64,000 nt of DNA, taken from assembly GCA_018402455.1 (NCBI GenBank), contig JAGYIG010000001.1:148164-212163 (forward strand), in the 5' to 3' direction. Position numbers and translations under genes: made by a program. The stretch is from Opitutaceae bacterium (GTDB taxonomy: Bacteria > Verrucomicrobiota > Verrucomicrobiia > Opitutales > Opitutaceae). The notes beneath the pieces are model-generated. The model was not told the DNA's origin. It did not search any database and saw nothing but the letters and a program-made list of their open reading frames with translations. Positions 59,696 to 64,000 of the stretch are shown here, piece by piece (the first letter of the stretch is position 1; the number at the start of each line of letters is the position of its first letter).

Positions 59696-61165
59696 ATGAC
59701 CTCTGCTGCGAAACGATTCTGCCCCGGCGCCCTGCTGGCGGCCGCCTTGTTCACCCTGCCGCTGACCGGGGGGGGCCATCCCGGTCCCGCTGAAACGCTT
59801 GCGTCGGAGCGTCCCCGGATCCTCGTGCTCACCGACATGGGCGCGGATCCTGATGACGAACAGTCCCTGGTGCGCCTGCTGCTGTATGCCAACCAGATCG
59901 ATATCACCGGCATCGTCGCCACGACTTCCTGTTGGCACCAGAATTCGATCCGGCCGGACTTCATTCACACCATTCTGGATGCCTACGAGCAGGTGCAACC
60001 CAACCTCCTCCTGCACGAGTCCGGTTATCCTTCGGCCGATGAGCTCCGCGCCCGGGTTAAGCACGGCATTCCCCAGTATGGCATGACTGGCGTGGGCGAG
60101 GACATGGACACGGCGGGGTCGGATTGGATCATCCAAGTTCTGGAGGAAGACGACGACCGCCCCCTGTGGATCTCGGTCTGGGGTGGCCCCAATACCCTGG
60201 CCCAGGCCCTGCACAAAATCGATCGGACCAAATCGGCCGCGGAGGCGAAGCGGCTGCTGGCCAAGCTGCGTATTTACACCATCTCCGACCAGGACGACAG
60301 CGCGGCTTGGATCCGCCGGACTTTCCCGGACCTGTTCTACATCGTCACGCCGGGGGATGACTATGGTCAGGCCACGTGGATCGCGATCAACAACGTCATC
60401 AACGGCATCGATAACACCACGGTGAGCAACCGCTGGCTCGCGGAGCATATTCAGCAAGGACACGGTCCGCTGGGGGCCGCCTATCCCGATGTGGCTTGGG
60501 GGTTCGAAGGCGACACACCGGCCTTTCTCGGGGTGATTCCGAACGGCCTGAACGTGCCCGACCAGCCCAACTGGGGCGGGTGGGGCGGACGGTATGAGCT
60601 GAGCATGCCGGACTTTGCCTCCATCGGCGAGGGCAGTTCCATCGTCGAACGCGAGCCGGTGACCCGCCCGATCTGGACCGATGCCTCCGACACGCACACC
60701 CCGTATCTACCCAGCGAATACAAACGTGCGGTCGAGCGGCACGAGCAGAGTTTCTCCGGCAACCAGGTCACCCTGTGGCGTTGGCGGGATGATTTTCAAA
60801 ATGACTTTGCCGCCCGCATGGACTGGTGCACGCAAACTTACGCCGAGGCCAATCACCCGCCCGTGCCGCACCTGAATCATCCGGCTGAGCTCACGGTCAA
60901 GTCTGGCGAGCAAGTCACCCTCGATGCGTATGGCAGCAGCGACCCCGACGGCGACAGCATCAGCTACCTGTGGTTTCACTACCCGGAAGCCGGCACCTAC
61001 GATCAGTTGATCACCACCGGTGGCGCGGAGAATGCCGACCGCTTCGGCTTCACGGCTCCGGTGGTCGACGAGGAAGTCACTGCTCATTTCATTCTGAAGG
61101 TGACCGACAAAGGCACCCCGGCGCTGTCCCGGTATCAGCGGGTGATTGTGACCGTGACCCCGTAG
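59696..61165 (+). CDS. DUF1593 (nucleoside-hydrolase-like) secreted protein with C-terminal Ig/PKD-like domain
   Basis: VLTDMGADPDDEQSLVRLLLYAN, WGGPNTLAQAL, SDQDD, EGDTP, WGGWGGRY, DFAARMDW, SSDPDGD. Confidence 0.88.
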   Translation: MTSAAKRFCPGALLAAALFTLPLTGGGHPGPAETLASERPRILVLTDMGADPDDEQSLVRLLLYANQIDITGIVATTSCWHQNSIRPDFIHTILDAYEQVQPNLLLHESGYPSADELRARVKHGIPQYGMTGVGEDMDTAGSDWIIQVLEEDDDRPLWISVWGGPNTLAQALHKIDRTKSAAEAKRLLAKLRIYTISDQDDSAAWIRRTFPDLFYIVTPGDDYGQATWIAINNVINGIDNTTVSNRWLAEHIQQGHGPLGAAYPDVAWGFEGDTPAFLGVIPNGLNVPDQPNWGGWGGRYELSMPDFASIGEGSSIVEREPVTRPIWTDASDTHTPYLPSEYKRAVERHEQSFSGNQVTLWRWRDDFQNDFAARMDWCTQTYAEANHPPVPHLNHPAELTVKSGEQVTLDAYGSSDPDGDSISYLWFHYPEAGTYDQLITTGGAENADRFGFTAPVVDEEVTAHFILKVTDKGTPALSRYQRVIVTVTP

Positions 61166-61222
61166 CGCGGGCACGAGTCCAGGAGTCCGATCGACCCGAA
61201 GAATGCGGCGGAGAGGCAGGTG

Positions 61223-61327
61223 GCGGGCTTCGTCAAGCGAAGCCCCTACCTCATGAGGTAGGGCGGTTTCGCCGAAACCGCCGGCTGCGGGCTGACGGCT
61301 TCGTGGCTTTCGTGTCATTCGTGGTTC
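61223..61327. repeat. Back-to-back REP doublet plus TTCGTG triplet
   Basis: REP-B-like (-, 61224-61249, loop CTTGA), palindromic junction CCTACCTCATGAGGTAGG, REP-A (+, 61258-61282), then TTCGTGGCT-TTCGTGTCA-TTCGTGGTT (61300-61326). Confidence 0.85.
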
Positions 61328-61395
61328 ACCCAAGGCGTGCCTCAACCGTCGCCGCCGCGGGCGTGGGGGGGGCATTTACTGTTGCAACCCGTCCT

Positions 61396-62889
61396 CTACG
61401 GGAGACGGGTGCGGCCCATGAGGAAACGATCACAGGCCCGGGCGGCGCCGCGACCTTCGTTGATCGCCCAAACGACCAGGCTTTGGCCGCGGCGCATGTC
61501 ACCGGCGGCGAACACCCCCTTCACGTTGGTGGTGTATTTATCGAAAGGGGCCGCCACGTTGGACCGGGCATCGGTGGCGAGTCCGAGTTTTTCGATCAGC
61601 GTCTCTTCCGGTCCCAGAAAGCCCATGGCGAGCAGCACGAGGTCGGCTTTGATAGTGCGTTGGGAACCGGGCACGTCGCGGGGAGACATCCGTTTGTTGG
61701 TTTCGTCCAACACCCACTCGACGCCCTTGATTTCCAGTTCGCGGACCGCGCCGTCGTCGTTGCCAATCATGCGCTTGGTGGTGACGAGGTAGTCCCGGGG
61801 GTCGGCGCCTTGGAGGGCGTGGGCTTCTTCCTGGCCGTAGTCGACTTTGAAGGTGCGGGGCCACTCCGGCCAGGGGTTGCTGGGCGTGCGCTCACCGGGC
61901 GGTTTGGCCATGATCTCGAGCTGCACCACACTGGCGCAGCCTTGGCGCAGCGACGTGCCCACGCAGTCGGTGCCGGTATCGCCGCCGCCGATCACCACGA
62001 CGTGTTTCCCCTGCGCGTCGATCGCCGGGCGCGTCTCGTCAAAGTCGTGGTCGAGCAGCGACCGGGTGTTGGTGGTGAGGAACTCCATGGCGAAATGCAC
62101 GCCCTTGAGGTTGCGGCCTTCGATGGGCAGATCGCGGGGCTTCGTCGCGCCGCAGCAGAGCACCGTGGCATCGAACGTGGCGCGGATGTCCGCGATGTCG
62201 TAGGTGACCCCAATGTGCGCTTCGGTCACAAAGGTGACTCCTTCGTCCCGCATGAGGTTCACGCGCCGATCAACGATCTCACGCTTGTCCAACTTCATGT
62301 TGGGAATCCCATACATGAGCAGTCCGCCGATGCGGTCCGCACGCTCGAAGACGGTGACCTCATGCCCGGCCTGATTAAGCTGGTCGGCGCAGGAAAGACC
62401 CGCGGGGCCGGAGCCGATCACGGCGACTTTTTTACCGGTCCGTTGGCTCGGGGGTTGCGGCGGCAACCAACCTTCCTCCCAGCCCCGGTCGATGATGGAA
62501 CACTCCATGTTCTTGATCGTGACGGGCGGTTCGATGACCCCGAGGACACAGGACCCCTCGCAGGGGGCCGGGCAGACCCGACCGGTGAATTCGGGGAAGT
62601 TGTTGGTCTTGCGCAGGCGGTGCAACGCGTCCTGCCACCGGCCGCGGTAGACGAGGTCGTTCCACTCGGGAATCAGATTGTTGATGGGACACCCGCTGGC
62701 CACGCCGGAGAGGGTCATCCCGGTGTGGCAGTAGGGCGTGCCGCAGTCCATGCAGCGGGCGGCTTGCGTCGATACCGCGGAGTCGTCGCGTTCGGCGTGC
62801 ACCTCCTTCCAGTCCTTGATCCGTTCGATGGGATCACGGTTGGGGATCGGTTGGCGTTGGTATTCGAGGAATCCGGTGGGCTTGCCCAT
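61396..62889 (-). CDS. gltD: Glutamate synthase small subunit
   Basis: [85 protein letters not shown]. Confidence 0.96.
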   Translation of the reverse strand: MGKPTGFLEYQRQPIPNRDPIERIKDWKEVHAERDDSAVSTQAARCMDCGTPYCHTGMTLSGVASGCPINNLIPEWNDLVYRGRWQDALHRLRKTNNFPEFTGRVCPAPCEGSCVLGVIEPPVTIKNMECSIIDRGWEEGWLPPQPPSQRTGKKVAVIGSGPAGLSCADQLNQAGHEVTVFERADRIGGLLMYGIPNMKLDKREIVDRRVNLMRDEGVTFVTEAHIGVTYDIADIRATFDATVLCCGATKPRDLPIEGRNLKGVHFAMEFLTTNTRSLLDHDFDETRPAIDAQGKHVVVIGGGDTGTDCVGTSLRQGCASVVQLEIMAKPPGERTPSNPWPEWPRTFKVDYGQEEAHALQGADPRDYLVTTKRMIGNDDGAVRELEIKGVEWVLDETNKRMSPRDVPGSQRTIKADLVLLAMGFLGPEETLIEKLGLATDARSNVAAPFDKYTTNVKGVFAAGDMRRGQSLVVWAINEGRGAARACDRFLMGRTRLP

Positions 62890-62938
62890 GATGATAGAAA
62901 ATGAAGGGGTTAAAGGGGAGGGCGGGGCGTCGGCGGGA

Positions 62939-64000
62939 TCAGTGGCCGGCTTTCACGTTTTCTTCGAAGGCGGCCTGAATGGCTTCGTCGCCTTGGAGGC
63001 CTTTGCTCTCGGCTCGGGCGATGGCGTTGAGGACCCGCTCGTAGTCGGTCGGCAGCACCTTGATGAAGCCGGGCAGCCAATCGTCCCAGGCGCTCAAGAT
63101 GGCCGTGGCCCGCACACTGCCGGTCAAAGCGACGTGACGCTCCAACCGCGCGCGGACGGCGGCAATTTCTTCGTTGTCGCATTCGATGAGTCGATAGACG
63201 CCGACCATGGCGGGATTGAGGCGCTGGCTGACGAAGTCGCCGACCTCGTCCAACACGTAGGCGGTGCCGCCGGACATGCCGGCCGCAAAATTCCGGCCGG
63301 TGGTGCCGATACAAATGACCTCGCCGCCGGTCATGTATTCACAGCCATGGTCGCCGACCCCCTCGATGACGGCTTTGACGCCGCTGTTGCGCACACAAAA
63401 GCGTTCGCCCGCCATGCCGGCGAGGAAGGCCTCACCGGAAGTGGCGCCATAGAAGGCGGTATTGCCGGTAATGATGTTTTCGCAGGCGACAAACGGCGCG
63501 ACTCTGGGCGGATACACCACGATGGTGCCGCCGGAGAGGCCCTTGCCGCAGTAGTCGTTGGTATCGCCCTCGACCGTGAGGGTCATGCCCCGGGGGCAGA
63601 AGGCGCCGAGGCTTTGGCCCGCCGAGCCGCTGAACTTCAATTGGATGGTGTCCGGAGGCAGCCCCTCGCCGCCGTGGCGGCGGGAGATCTCGGCGCCGAC
63701 CATGGTGCCCACCACGCGGTTGGTGTTGGTGATGGGGTATTCGCCGGTGACCTTTTCGCCGCGCTCGATGGCGGGGCGGCAGGCGGCGAGGAGATCGGTG
63801 TGGTCGAGGGCCAGCTCCAAGCGGTGATCCTGAGGCTGCGAGCAGTAGGTGCCGACCGCGGGGCCGGTGGCGGGCCGGTAGAGGATCTTGGAATAGTCGA
63901 CGCCCTTGGCCTTCCAGTGGTCGATGGCATCCCGCATTTCGAGGTGTTCTACCTTGCCCACCATTTCGTTGATCGTGCGGTAACCGAGGCGCGCCATGAT
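62939..64000 (-). CDS. gltB: Glutamate synthase large subunit, C-terminal part (gene extends beyond the window)
   Basis: [66 protein letters not shown]. Confidence 0.96.
   Translation of the reverse strand: MMARLGYRTINEMVGKVEHLEMRDAIDHWKAKGVDYSKILYRPATGPAVGTYCSQPQDHRLELALDHTDLLAACRPAIERGEKVTGEYPITNTNRVVGTMVGAEISRRHGGEGLPPDTIQLKFSGSAGQSLGAFCPRGMTLTVEGDTNDYCGKGLSGGTIVVYPPRVAPFVACENIITGNTAFYGATSGEAFLAGMAGERFCVRNSGVKAVIEGVGDHGCEYMTGGEVICIGTTGRNFAAGMSGGTAYVLDEVGDFVSQRLNPAMVGVYRLIECDNEEIAAVRARLERHVALTGSVRATAILSAWDDWLPGFIKVLPTDYERVLNAIARAESKGLQGDEAIQAAFEENVKAGH

Overview
High-GC bacterial chromosomal window, probably Verrucomicrobiota/Opitutae (inferred from the DUF1592/DUF1552 pair, PocR-AraC regulator and general gene content). 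Left to right: (1) the first 2 kb holds two genes riddled with indels (YidE/YbjL-type transporter, Gfo/Idh/MocA oxidoreductase). (2) deoC and a long plus short aldehyde dehydrogenase pair, interrupted by an opposite-strand transglutaminase-like/CHASE3-PAS/receiver operon and by a GxxExxY nuclease gene bracketed by perfect 20-bp inverted repeats. (3) A 12.6-kb minus-strand operon apbE-rnfB-giant PFOR-rnfCDGEA-small ORF-FNR, with a gene-less copy of the same inverted-repeat element inside it. (4) A Y1/RAYT-like HUH transposase with 37-bp terminal inverted repeats, then DUF983, tRNA-Ser(CGA) and ppk1. (5) A cnrYXH-like ECF sigma module. (6) The DUF1592/DUF1552/esterase locus. (7) A ~21-kb block of stress-associated genes (cbpAM, GT4-GH130, dodecin, PRC-barrel, DJ-1, fumC, ppk2, class I FBA, YegP, RsbU_N-type kinase plus NarL-type regulator) whose intergenic regions share a candidate 17-bp operator. 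(8) DUF1593, gltD and the 3' part of gltB. Two GTAG-type REP families, REP mosaics and a heptamer tandem array lie in intergenic regions. No CRISPR array, rRNA, prophage or integrase was seen. The strongest candidate for an undescribed system is the inverted-repeat-bounded GxxExxY cassette with its gene-less relatives. All family calls come from motif recognition by eye; no database searches were run.
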